NCBI GenBank assembly: GCA_963706635.1
Contig: OY970162.1
Span: 479,696-543,695, forward strand
From: an uncultured Thermoleophilaceae bacterium
GTDB taxonomy: Bacteria > Actinomycetota > Thermoleophilia > Solirubrobacterales > Thermoleophilaceae
Direction of reading: 5' to 3'
DNA length: 64,000 nt
This document shows, one piece after another, positions 36,586 through 46,843 of the stretch (within the stretch, counting starts at the first letter, position 1; every line of letters begins with the position of its first letter). Made by a program: the position numbers and the translations under genes. The notes under the pieces were generated by a model, which was not told the DNA's origin, did not search any database, and saw nothing but the letters and a program-made list of their open reading frames with translations.

Positions 36586-38585
36586 TTACGCGTGGGTTAC
36601 GGGTGCTGCAACTCCGTGATGCTCCGCGACCAGGTCGACGATGTCGCCCATGATGCGGCTCACCTTGAAGTCCTTGGGCGTGTAGACGCGGGCGACGCCG
36701 GCGTCCAAGAGGGCGCGCTCGTCGGCAGGGGGGATGATGCCGCCGACCACGACGGGGACGTCGGCGCCGGCGTCGCGGAGCTCCTCGAGCACCAGGGGAA
36801 TCAGCTCGGCATGTGAGCCGGAGAGGATCGAGAGCCCCACCACGTGGACTCCTTCGTCGACCGCCGTGCGGGCGATGCGCGCGGGGGAGAGGCGAATCCC
36901 TTCGTAGACCACATCCATGCCGGCATCCCGGGCGCGGACGGCGATCTGCTCGGCGCCGTTGGAGTGCCCGTCGAGGCCCGGCTTCCCGACCAGGATCTTG
37001 ATCCGCCGGCCCAGGGCCTCCGACACCCGCTCGACCCGGTCGCGGAGCTCGGCGAGGGCGGCGTCGTCGGAGGTGGAGGCGGCCGCCTCGGCCACGCCGG
37101 TGGGCGCCCGGTACTCGCCGAATACCTCTCGGAGGGCGGCTGCCCACTCGCCGGTCGTCGCTCCGGCCTGGGCCGCCGCGAGCGTGGCGGGCATGATGTT
37201 GGTGTCCTCGGAGGCGGCGGCCTCGCTGAGCTCGGCCAGGGCGGCGTCGACGGCAGCCTGGTCGCGAGCGGACCGCCATTCCTCGACCGCTGCCGTAGCG
37301 CTGGCCTCCACGGCGGGGTCGACGGTGAGGATCCCGCCGTCCTCGCCCTCCTGGAGCGGAGACGGCTCGTGCTCGGTGTAGGTGTTCTGGCCGACCACCT
37401 TCAGCTCGCCCGCCTCGATCCGGCGAACGCGCTCGCGGTGCGACTCCACGAGCTGCGTCTTCATGTACGTGACAGCCTCGACGGCGCCGCCGTGCTCCTC
37501 GACCACGGCCATCTCGGCGCGCGCGCCCTCTGCGAGCTCGTCGACCAGGCCCTCCATGACGTGGGATCCCTCGAAGATGTCCGGGTACTCGAGCAGGTCG
37601 GTCTCGAAGGCGAGGATCTGCTGGATCCGCAGCGACCACTGCTGGTCCCACGGCCGCGGCAGCCCCAGCGCCTCGTTCCAGGCCGGCAGCTGGATCGCCC
37701 GGGCGCGCGCGGAGCGGCCGAGCGTGACGCCCAACGCCTCGAGGACGATCCGGATCACGTTGTTCTCCGGCTGCGCCTCGGTCAGCCCGAGGGAGTTGAC
37801 CTGCACGCCGTAGCGGAAGCGCAGGAGCTTCGGATCGTCGACCCCGTAGCGATCACGCCCGATCTCCTCCCACAACCGGCCCATCGCCCGCAACTTCGCG
37901 TGTTCCTCGATGAATCGGATCCCGGCATTGACGAAGAAGGAGATGCGGCCGAAGACCCGCGGGAACACGTCGTCGGAGACCCGCGGCCGCACCCGGTCCA
38001 GCACGGCGATCGCCGTGGAGAGCGAGTAGGCGATCTCCTGCACCGGCGTGGCCCCGGCCTCCTGGAGGTGGTAGGGGCAGATGTTCACGGGGTTCCACTT
38101 CGGCACGCGGTCGACCGTGTAGGCGATCGTGTCCGCGATCAGCCGCATCGACGGCTCGGGCGGGAACGCGTACGTGCCACGGGAGAGGAACTCCTTGATG
38201 ATGTCGTTCTGGGTGGTGCCCTGGATGCCGGCGACGTCGAGCCCGTTCTCCTCGGCGACCGTCATGTAGAGGGCCAGCAGCCAGGCCGCGGTGGCGTTGA
38301 TCGTCATCGACGTGTTCATCTCGTCGAGCGGGATCCTGTCGAAGAGCGTGTGCATGTCGCCCTTGTGGGCGATGGAGACGCCGACCTTGCCGACCTCCCC
38401 CCGCGAGAGGTCGTCGTCGGGGTCGTAGCCCGTCTGCGTGGGCAGGTCGAAGGCCACCGACAGCCCCGTCTGGCCCTTGGCCAGGTTCTTGCGGTAGAGC
38501 TCGTTGGACTCCTGGCCGTCGAGTGGCCGGCGTAGGTGCGCATCACCCACGGCCGGTCGCGCTCCGGAAGCCGATGGTCGCTCAC
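36586..38585 (-). CDS. ecm: B12-dependent acyl-CoA mutase, ethylmalonyl-CoA mutase-like (one apparent frameshift ~38515)
   Basis: DRPWVMRTYAGHSTA(fs)ESNELYRKNLAKGQTGLSVAFDLPTQTGYDPDD..GEVGKVGV matches the Ecm/MeaA-type N-terminus rather than the MCM type (QYAGFSTA...ATHRGYDSD). C-terminal B12 domain has LDGHSNG (DxHxxG). The GTG start overlaps the desaturase stop (GTGA). Confidence 0.75.
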
Positions 38586-39421
38586 GGACTGGATTCTATG
38601 GACGCCAGCCTCTGGCGCTGCCGCTCCGGGCTGATCAGCACCACGTTCCGGGCCAGGCCGAGGCGGCGCATCCCCCGGATCAGCAGGCCCGAGAGGTCGA
38701 GCTCCCACCAGCGCAGGCCGTGCGCCGCCGAGCGCGGGAAGGCGTGATGGTTGTGGTGCCAGGACTCGCCGAGCGAGAACGGCGCGAGCCAGGCCACGTT
38801 GCCCGACCGGTCGTCCACGGCGAACCGGCGGCTGCCGAAGAAGTGGCAGATCGAGTTGATGCTGAAGGTGGCGTGGTGGAACAGGAACACGCGCACGAGT
38901 CCGCCCCACAGGAGGCCCGAGACGCCGCCGATCGCGAACGGGATCGCGAACGACAGGGCCACGAAGCCGAGGAAGGCGCGGTCCACGAAGCGCATCCCGC
39001 GATCCTCGCGGAGGTCGGGCGCGTAGCGTGCGTGCTCGGCGCGCCCCTGGTTCCTGAACAGCCAGCCCGCGTGCGCGTGCCAGAGGCTGCGCAGGGCGCC
39101 GTCGCCCGTGTGCGGGGAGTGCGGGTCGCCGGGGCGGTCCGAGTGGGCGTGGTGCTTGCGGTGGTCGGCGACCCAGTCGATCACCGAGCCCTGGAGGGCC
39201 ATCGACCCCAGGCCCGCCAGGGCGTACGCCACCGGCCGCTGGGTCGCGAACGAACGGTGCGTGAGAAGCCTGTGGAACCCGACCGTGATCCCGAAGCCGG
39301 TCACGAGGTACATCCCCGCGAGCAGCGCGACATCGGAGCCGCCGACGTCGAGGAGCGCCGGCACCAGCGCGGCCGGCGGGGCGAGCAGGCCGAACAGGTG
39401 GGCCAGCCGCTTGCGACTCAC
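38582..39421 (-). CDS. membrane acyl-CoA/fatty-acid desaturase (di-iron, His-box)
   Basis: 279 aa. His boxes HRLLTH, HRKHHAHSD, HHNHHAFP. The GTG start overlaps the DyP stop (GTGA). Confidence 0.85.
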   Translation of the reverse strand: MSRKRLAHLFGLLAPPAALVPALLDVGGSDVALLAGMYLVTGFGITVGFHRLLTHRSFATQRPVAYALAGLGSMALQGSVIDWVADHRKHHAHSDRPGDPHSPHTGDGALRSLWHAHAGWLFRNQGRAEHARYAPDLREDRGMRFVDRAFLGFVALSFAIPFAIGGVSGLLWGGLVRVFLFHHATFSINSICHFFGSRRFAVDDRSGNVAWLAPFSLGESWHHNHHAFPRSAAHGLRWWELDLSGLLIRGMRRLGLARNVVLISPERQRQRLASIESSP

Positions 39422-40799
39422 GACAGCTCGCCGGCCGCCAGAGCCCGCAGCGCCGCGATCCCGGGCGCGAAGAAGTAGTCGCCGCCGCGGATGCGGCAGA
39501 ACGACGGCAGCGGCGCGAGGAACCTGGGCCGCTCGCCCTGGATCGTCATCTTGTAGCTGGGCACGCCGTTCGCCAGCGGATCGCGCTCGGCGCCGAGCCC
39601 GAAGAGGTCGCCGTCGTTCAGCCAGAGCGACTGGATGAACTCGAACTGGCGCGAGATGCTCGCCTGGTAGCAGACGAACATCAGCCCGCGGTCGGCGTCG
39701 CCCCCGTCGAAGGCCGGGCCGTAGGGCATGCCGCGCCGGATGATGCGGTGTCTCTTGGTCAGGAGCCCGTGCCAGCCGAGGGCGTCGCGCGGGTTGGCGC
39801 GGCGGATGTGCGCGCCCAGCGGGCAGCGACGCTCATCCCGGTCGGTGCCGTAGCGGAAGTCGTTCAGCTCGGCCCTGCGCGAGCCGCCCACCGTCAGCTC
39901 GGGATCGTTCCGGTCGGGGGACAGGGAGAGCGGCGCCCCGCTCCGCCAGCGGCCGACCATCTTGGCCGCGAGCAGCTCCTCCGGCATGTCGAGCGCTGCG
40001 GCCTGCGAGCTCAGGTACGACTCGAAGCGGCCCACGTCCTGGTGGATCTTGCGCACCACCATGAAGCTGCCGCTGCGCCGCAGCGGGTCGGGCGGCGCCG
40101 TGGCCACGAGCCCGTCCTCGTCCGGGTAGCCGAGCACGAACTCACCGGGGGCGATGTCGTCCCAGGCGCCGTCGCGGGTGGGCGTGCCGCGGCCCTGGTG
40201 GTCGTGCGGCCCTGCCCGCGGGTCCTCGATCGTCGGCTGCGAGAGCCCGTCGGCGAAGCCGAAGTGCTCGCGCACCACCTCGTCGTCCCTGATGTCGAGC
40301 AGGACGCCTGCGCGCTCCTCGTGGGTGACCGCCAGGCCGGGGCCGAGCCGTTCACGCAGGCGGGCGGCGGCGCGATCGCGCGCCGTCGTCGGTCTGGGCG
40401 GCCACGGTCAGGAGCAGCTGCAGCTCGCCGGGGCGCAGCTGCTCCTCCCAGCGATCGGGCGCGCTGTCGCCGGTGTCGCCCAGCACGTCTGCAGCGTCCC
40501 CCATCCCGGCGCGGAACTCCTCCGGGAAGCTCTCGAGGATCTCCTCGCCGAACGCCGAGCGCGCGTAGCCCGCCGTGGCTGATCGCCAGGTTGAGCGTGT
40601 GCTCGGGCTTGTCGCCCCACGGGACGGCGGTGGTCAGCTCGCCCGCCAGCTCGCCCAGCAGGCGGCGTCCGGCGGCCGCGTCGTCCACGCGCACGAACAC
40701 GTACAGCGCGTGGGCGAACGAGTTCCCGTAGCCGCAGAGGATGTTCCCCTGGAGGTCTGCCTGGTCGACGTCAGGCAAGCCCGGCCTCCCTGAACGCAA
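39418..40799 (-). CDS. DyP-type haem peroxidase (two apparent frameshifts ~40385 and ~40550)
   Basis: DLQGNILCGYG..LNLAISHGGLRALGV (frame 1). FGEEILESFPEEFRAGMGD..DRWEEQL (frame 2). HFGFADGLSQP (GxxDG), RRCPLGAHIRRANPRD, LMFVCYQASISRQFEFIQ (frame 3). Confidence 0.8.
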
Positions 40800-41753
40800 G
40801 CTGAAGCTCCTCCGGAGACATCGACTGGGCGCCCGGCGCGAAGTCGCCGAGCCGTTCGCGCAGCTCGAGTCCGTCGAGGACCTCCGGGAGCGTGGCGTGG
40901 GGATACGCGGAGACGAACAGGTCCGTCCTCACCGAGTGCTTCTCGAGGTAACGCGACGAACTGCTTCCGGTCAGCCGCTCCGGGGTAGCCGGCGCAGTGG
41001 GTCCAGATCGCGTCCGCCTCCCCCGGCATGTGCTCGGCGATCTGCTCCAGGTAGTCTCCTGTCGCGGTCGTGCGTGGCGCTGAACACCAGGCGCGGGCCG
41101 GGAAGCACGCACGCAGCGGCCGAAATGAGTGCCGGGCAGCCTCGCGAAGGGGCTCCGCTCGCCCTCCGGCAGCTCGGCGAGCGCGGCCTCGAGCGCGGCT
41201 TCGTCGTCGACGGGCGTGACGATGGTGAGGGCGCGGGTTTTCGGATCTGCGACTGGAGGTCGGACACGAGCGTTTGGTACTCGGCGGCGAACCCGGCTGC
41301 GTCCATGTCCCGGGTCCGGTCGTTGAACTCCCGCAGGCGTCGCCGGACCTCCAGTCCGGCGAGGATCTCCTTGGTGCTCGCCTGCGGGTAGGCGCAGTAG
41401 TAGTGGGAGGTCGGTACTGCGCCCTCGCCGATCCACTTGCGCAGCGACTCGACCGGCACCGGTCCGGGGAACCCCTCGGAGCTGCCCCAGATGTAGTGCA
41501 ACCCCCTGGGGAACACGTACGAGAAGGCCTCCACGTACGCGTCGGCCGTGCCGTTGAAGTTGCTCTCGAACAGCAGCGACCGGCCCAGGACCGTCCAGCG
41601 GGCATAGTGGATCAGGCGCAGCCGCAGCACGGTCATTCGCGGCAGCGGCAGGATCGTGGCGGCGAAGAAGAGGAAGCGCAGCCAGAGGCGTCCGCGGGAG
41701 CTGATCCCGGTGAGCAGGTTGAGCGCCGAGGCGCGGGTCTCGCCGCTAGCCAC
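40771..41753 (-). CDS. uncharacterised protein(s) with two homologous ~120-aa domains (IHYARW... / THFGRC...); several frame changes, so one fused or two tandem genes
   Basis: Half 1 is intact in the frame of 40971..41753. Half 2 is reassembled from three frames. The GTG start overlaps the cyclase-gene stop by 8 nt. See findings for the alignment. Confidence 0.45.
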
Positions 41754-44700
41754 GGGCGTGCTTCTCGACGATCGCGAGCCCGTGCTGTGCGGCCAGCTCG
41801 CTGGCGTGGCCGACGAGCTCCTCGGCCCGCTCGCGGTCGCCCTCGCCCCCGCGCGCGCGGAGCATCCGGGCGTAGTCGCAGGCGGCGAGCCCGAGCCACG
41901 GCCGGGCGCCGGTCCGGCCGTTCATCTCCAGTGCGGCCTCGAAGTGGGCGGCCGCCTCGTCGAGCCTTCCGAGCGTCGTCGCGAGCTGTCCCAGGTGGCG
42001 GGAGGCGGACCCGATCGTGATGCTCGCGACGCGGCCGAGCACCACGTTGCGACGGCCGAAGGGGCCGAGCAGGTCGTAGAGGATCGCCGCGGCGGCGCGG
42101 TCGCCGAGCCGCGAGCAGGTGTCGGCGGCGCGGGACATCGTGAGCAGCCAGGCGCTGTCACGGGGAAGGTCGGTCCAGCCGCCCGCGCCCACCGTCTCGA
42201 ACTCGGTCCGCGCCTTGGCCGCCTCGCCCAGCTCCGCGTACAGGAGGGCAAGGGTCGAGCGCCACCCGTGCAGGTGCGGGTACTGGTCGACGAACGACCG
42301 CATCGTCGCCTCGAGCTCCTCGAGGCGACCCTGGGCGTAGCGGAGGGTCGTCAGCTGGATGGCGTAGAGGTGACGGGCGATGCGCTCGTCCGCGCGGCGG
42401 CCGAACTCGAGCGCCTCCTCCATCAGCCGCGCGCCGTCCTCGAGCCGCCCTGACATCAATGCCCTCAGCGCCCTCAGGCCGGTCACGTGCCAGAGGTAGC
42501 GCGGCTGGCGCAGGTACTCGGCGCGCTGGCGCGCGGCCTGCAGCTCCGCGTCGGTGCCCTGCATGTCGCCGGCCTCGAGCAGGCAGCTGACGTGGAAGGC
42601 CCGGACGCGCAGCGCGGTCTCCTTGTCCCCGGCGTCCTCGGCGAGCTCCACCACCTCCTCGGACAGCCGCGTCCGCTCCTCGAGGTTGTCCGGCCCCCAG
42701 GTGGCGCCCAGGCGCGCGTCGAGTACCGACGCGAGAGCGCGGTCGTCGCCCATGCGGCGGGTGATCTCGACCGCCTCGGTGCTGAGCTTCTCGGCCCTGC
42801 CGCGTGGCGGGGCGTAGTAGACCTCGGTCGCCAGGCGGGCGAGGAGCGCGGCCCGCAGCAGCGTGTCCTCGTCGCCGAGGGCGGCCAACGCGTCCTCGAG
42901 CAGCTCGATCACGGACTCGTCGACCACGCCGGTCGTCCAGTAGCGGCCGGCGAACCCGAGCGTCGCCTCGGCCTGCTTGTCGGCGTCGCCCAGGCGGCGG
43001 GAGAGGGCGGCCGCGTCGCGGAACGCCTCCTTGGCCGCCACCGGGTCGCCGGCCTTGCGCAGCGCGGCGCCGAGCTCGATCAGCAGGTCCCGCCGGGCGG
43101 CCGGCTCCGGCGGCTCGCGGCGCGCCAGCGTCGCCAGCGACCGCCGGTAGTGGCGGACCGCCTCCTCGAAGGCGAGCTGGGCCATGGCCCGGTCGCCGGC
43201 CCGCGTCGTGTAGTCCATCGCCCGCCCGAGGTCGCCTCCGGGCGCCGCCAGCAGGAAGTGATGAGCCAGCTCCGCGAGGTGCGGCTCCGGATCCTGGGCG
43301 TAGAGCGACTCGAGTCCCCCGGCCACGCTGCGGTGGAGCTCCACCCTGGCGGTGGAGCCCAGGCCGTCGTAGATCACCTCGCGCACCAGCGCGTGGACGA
43401 AGCGGTAGCCGCCGAGCACGGTGACCTCCTCCGCCACCAGCCCGTTCGAGATCACGCGGTCGAGGGTGCGGAGCAGCCGGTCCGGCGGCATCTGCGAGAC
43501 GCGCTCGAGGGCGGCGAACGTGAACTCCTTGCCGAGCACGGCGGCGAGCCGGAGCACATCGCGCGCCTCCTCCGGGAGGGGAGCGAGGTGGCGGTTGATC
43601 GCCTCGCGCACGCTGTCCGGGATCGGCACGTCGCCGGTGAGCAGCTCGTCGGGCCACTCGAGCCGGCCCTCCGCCACCAGCAGGCGCACGAGCTCCTCGA
43701 CGAAGAAGGGGTTGCCCTCGGTCGCCCGGTGGAGAGCCTTGGCCAGGTCTCCCGACTCGAGTCCCGTGCGCTCGCGGACGAATGCCTGCACGTCCTCCTC
43801 GCCGAGCCCCGTGAGCGGCACCACGTTTCCGTCCCGCGTGAGGCGCCCGATCACCTGGGACCCGTCGACCTCGAGCGGGCGGTAGGTGGCAATCGCGAGG
43901 ATCGGGGCGTCGCGCATCTCGTGGGCGAGGAAGTCGAGGAGGAGCAGGGAGGGCTCGTCGGCCGCGTGGAGGTCGTCGAGCACGACGACGAGCGGGGCCC
44001 GGCGGCTTGCCTCGCGGAGAAAGCCGGTCACGGCGTTGAAGAGGACGAAGCGCGCGTCGTCGGACTCGAACTCCGCGTCGCCGTTCGAGGACACCTGTCC
44101 GAGCTCGGGAACGAGCTGCGCCAGTGGCTGCGCCGCCGGGCCCAGCCGTTCGAGCACGGCGTCCGCCTGGCCAGCGCGCGCGTACGAGCGCAGGACCTGC
44201 ACCCAGGGCCAGAACGCCGGCGCGCCGCCGCCCTCCCAGCAGCGCCCCCAGAGCACCTGCCCGCCGCGCGAGAGGGCGTCGGCGGAGACGGCGTCGGCCA
44301 GTGTGGTCTTGCCCACGCCGGGCTCGCCGGAGACCAGGAAGAGGGAGCCGCGTCCGCGCTCGGCCTCGGACAGCGCCCGCGAGAGCTCGCCGAGCTCGCG
44401 CTCCCTCCCGAAGAGGTTCGCGCTCGGTCGCGCTTCAGCCGTCTGCGGCTCCGGCTCGGCGGCGGAGACCTTTGCCGGGTCGGCCGCCACCGGACCGTCG
44501 ACCTCCAGTCCCTCGGCTCGCAGCGCGAACAGCTGCCACTCGCCGGGAATGCCGCGGAGATCGTGCTGCCCGCGGTCGACCAGCTCGAAGTCGGCGCCCG
44601 TCACCAGGTCGCGCACCGTACGCGACACCAGCACCTGTCCCGGTCCCGCCAGCGCGCTCACGCGGGCCGCCACGTGCACGGCCATCCCGACGAGCGAGTC

Positions 44701-45618
44701 GTCGAGCAGCTCGCACTCCCCGGTGTGGAGTCCCACTCGCAGCGTCAGCCCGAGCGGCGCCACCTGCCCGCAGGCGGCCGCCGCCCAGGCAAGCGCTTCC
44801 CGCGGGGACTCGAAGGCCACGAACAGCCCGTCGCCGGCCTTCGCGGCGAGCCGGCCGGCGTGCTCGCGGGTCAGGTTGCGCAGGAGCTCGTCATGCCGCT
44901 GCAGCAGGTCGCGCCAGCCCGAGTCGCCGAGCCGGGCCACGTGGCCGGTGGAGTTGACGATGTCGGTGAAGACGAGCGTCCGCAGGGCCCGTCCGCCCGC
45001 GGGCGGCGCCGGCTCGGGCTCCGGCAGGGCCCGTCCGCCGACCGCGACCTCGAGGCCGCGGACGGGGCGGTAGGCGCAGAACGTCCCCGTGCTGATGGCT
45101 GCGTCGAGCTGCCGGCCGAGGTCGGGGTCGTTCTCCTCGATCCGCTTGAGGGCCGATCGGATCGCGCGCGTGACGTTGACCCGAGCGCGCTCCGAGCCGG
45201 ACCCCGCCTTGCGGTCGCGGCCGCCGAGCCCCACGGCGGACGCCAGCTCGCGCGAGAGGAAGTCGAGCTCCTGGCGGGCGGCGGAGACCCGCTCGGGATC
45301 GCGCCAGGACTCCGCCTCCTCGAGCTCCGCCTCGAGGTCCGAGAGCCGCTCGCGGTAGGCGGCCTTGGCCGCGTCGTCGAGCATCTCGCCGGCGTCCCCG
45401 CCGCCCGAGGAGACGCCGCCCACGAGGTCGGCGGCGGCAAGCTCCACGTCCGGGTTGGCGAAGAGCGTGGCCAGGTAGCCGAGCCCCTTGCTGTCCCGCA
45501 GGCGCAGCGCTCGCTGGCCGTGCTCGACTGTCCAATATTCGCCTTCGCGCCGGAAGGTCGCCCGCCCACTGCGTGCTGCCTGGGGCGCGGCGGCACCTCC
45601 CTCGAGCTTCTGAGCCAA
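41746..45618 (-). CDS. multidomain signalling protein: conserved N-terminal module, class III adenylate/guanylate cyclase, STAND/AAA_16 P-loop NTPase, long TPR array
   Basis: 1290 aa, intact. Cyclase domain RTLVFTDIVNSTGH..GDGLFVAFESP..VGLHTGECE..GMAVHVAARV. P-loop LVSGEPGVGKTTL. Walker B LVVVLDDLHAAD. C-terminal ~600 aa of TPR-like helices. Confidence 0.85.
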   Translation of the reverse strand: MAQKLEGGAAAPQAARSGRATFRREGEYWTVEHGQRALRLRDSKGLGYLATLFANPDVELAAADLVGGVSSGGGDAGEMLDDAAKAAYRERLSDLEAELEEAESWRDPERVSAARQELDFLSRELASAVGLGGRDRKAGSGSERARVNVTRAIRSALKRIEENDPDLGRQLDAAISTGTFCAYRPVRGLEVAVGGRALPEPEPAPPAGGRALRTLVFTDIVNSTGHVARLGDSGWRDLLQRHDELLRNLTREHAGRLAAKAGDGLFVAFESPREALAWAAAACGQVAPLGLTLRVGLHTGECELLDDSLVGMAVHVAARVSALAGPGQVLVSRTVRDLVTGADFELVDRGQHDLRGIPGEWQLFALRAEGLEVDGPVAADPAKVSAAEPEPQTAEARPSANLFGRERELGELSRALSEAERGRGSLFLVSGEPGVGKTTLADAVSADALSRGGQVLWGRCWEGGGAPAFWPWVQVLRSYARAGQADAVLERLGPAAQPLAQLVPELGQVSSNGDAEFESDDARFVLFNAVTGFLREASRRAPLVVVLDDLHAADEPSLLLLDFLAHEMRDAPILAIATYRPLEVDGSQVIGRLTRDGNVVPLTGLGEEDVQAFVRERTGLESGDLAKALHRATEGNPFFVEELVRLLVAEGRLEWPDELLTGDVPIPDSVREAINRHLAPLPEEARDVLRLAAVLGKEFTFAALERVSQMPPDRLLRTLDRVISNGLVAEEVTVLGGYRFVHALVREVIYDGLGSTARVELHRSVAGGLESLYAQDPEPHLAELAHHFLLAAPGGDLGRAMDYTTRAGDRAMAQLAFEEAVRHYRRSLATLARREPPEPAARRDLLIELGAALRKAGDPVAAKEAFRDAAALSRRLGDADKQAEATLGFAGRYWTTGVVDESVIELLEDALAALGDEDTLLRAALLARLATEVYYAPPRGRAEKLSTEAVEITRRMGDDRALASVLDARLGATWGPDNLEERTRLSEEVVELAEDAGDKETALRVRAFHVSCLLEAGDMQGTDAELQAARQRAEYLRQPRYLWHVTGLRALRALMSGRLEDGARLMEEALEFGRRADERIARHLYAIQLTTLRYAQGRLEELEATMRSFVDQYPHLHGWRSTLALLYAELGEAAKARTEFETVGAGGWTDLPRDSAWLLTMSRAADTCSRLGDRAAAAILYDLLGPFGRRNVVLGRVASITIGSASRHLGQLATTLGRLDEAAAHFEAALEMNGRTGARPWLGLAACDYARMLRARGGEGDRERAEELVGHASELAAQHGLAIVEKHARG

Positions 45619-45701
45619 TCGACCTGCCTGCGAATCCGGGGGCTCAAACAGGGTAAACCCGATCCCCGGCAGGTCAAAGGCAGCGTCTCAGTGGGCACAC
45701 T

Positions 45702-46559
45702 ATGGTCCGAATGGGTGTGAATCGACCCATCGACGTAATGCACCTCGGGCGCGACCGGGTGATCTGCGCCTACGACGTGGGCGGCGCGATCGTCGACCCC
45801 GGACCGACCACCACGGTCGACACCCTCCTCGACGCCCTCGAGGGCATGGAGCCGCGGGCGCTGATGCTCACCCACATCCACCTGGACCACGCGGGCGCTG
45901 CCGGCGTGCTCTGCCGGCGGTTCCCCGGGCTCGTGGTCTACGTGCACGAGAGCGGCGCCCCGCATCTGGTCGATCCGAGCAAGCTGCTCGAGAGCGCGGA
46001 GCGGCTCTACGGCGACGACATGGACCGGCTCTGGGGTGAGGTGGCGCCGGTCCCCGAGGAGCGGATCCGGCCGCTGACCGGGGGAGAGGAGGTCGAGGGC
46101 TTCAAGGTGGCCTATACGCCCGGCCACGCCTCCCACCACGTCTCCTACCTGCATGTGGACAGCGGCGACGTCTACGTTGGCGACACGGCCGGCGTCCGCA
46201 TCCCGCCGCACGCGCACACGGTCGCGCCCACGCCGCCGCCCGACATCGACATCGAGGCCTGGCTCGACTCCCTCCAGACGATCGCAAGGTGGAACCCGCT
46301 GGCACTCTGGCTGACCCATTTCGGCCGGGTCACCGACGTGGAGGACCAGCTCCACCGGGTGCGCGTATCCCTTGTGGAGCACGCCGACATGGCCCGCCGC
46401 GGGGGCGAGGAGGACTTCGTCCGCGCCTTCGACAGGGAGGTCCGGGACGCCACGGACGCCGAGGCCGCCGAGCGCTTCGTGCAGGCCGTGCCCCCCGAGC
46501 AGGCCTTCCAGGGCCTCGAGCGCTACTGGCGCAAGCGCTCCGAGGCCGCCGTCGTATGA
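45702..46559 (+). CDS. MBL-fold metallo-hydrolase
   Basis: 285 aa. LTHIHLDHAGAAG (HxHxDH). Its stop overlaps the clpS ATG (ATGA). Confidence 0.8.
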   Translation: MVRMGVNRPIDVMHLGRDRVICAYDVGGAIVDPGPTTTVDTLLDALEGMEPRALMLTHIHLDHAGAAGVLCRRFPGLVVYVHESGAPHLVDPSKLLESAERLYGDDMDRLWGEVAPVPEERIRPLTGGEEVEGFKVAYTPGHASHHVSYLHVDSGDVYVGDTAGVRIPPHAHTVAPTPPPDIDIEAWLDSLQTIARWNPLALWLTHFGRVTDVEDQLHRVRVSLVEHADMARRGGEEDFVRAFDREVRDATDAEAAERFVQAVPPEQAFQGLERYWRKRSEAAVV

Positions 46560-46843
46560 GCTCGACCGTTGAGCTGCCGAAGACGACCGACCCCGGCAGC
46601 GGACTCGGGGGCGAGTGGCGAGTCATCGTGCTCAACGACGACCACAACACGTTCGAGGGCGTTGCCCGCGCCCTCTCGGCGACGCTGCCGGGTGTCAGCT
46701 ACGACCAGGGCATGTCGCTGGCCAACAAGATCCACAACAGCGGCCAGGCGATCGTCTGGACCGGCGCGCGGGAGCCCGCCGAGCTCTACTGGGAGCAGCT
46801 CCGGGGCACCGGCCTGACCATGGCGCCGCTGGAGCGCGGCTAG
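46556..46843 (+). CDS. clpS: ATP-dependent Clp protease adaptor ClpS
   Basis: 95 aa. WRVIVLNDDHNTFEGVARALSATLPGVSYDQGMSLANKIHNSGQAIV. The stop TAG is the first triplet of MITE copy 3. Confidence 0.85.
   Translation: MSSTVELPKTTDPGSGLGGEWRVIVLNDDHNTFEGVARALSATLPGVSYDQGMSLANKIHNSGQAIVWTGAREPAELYWEQLRGTGLTMAPLERG

Noticed and set aside
39418-40799. DyP peroxidase as an encapsulin cargo system.
   Set aside because: No encapsulin shell gene is adjacent. The DyP C-terminus (..APGIAALRALAAGELS) shows no recognisable cargo-loading peptide.
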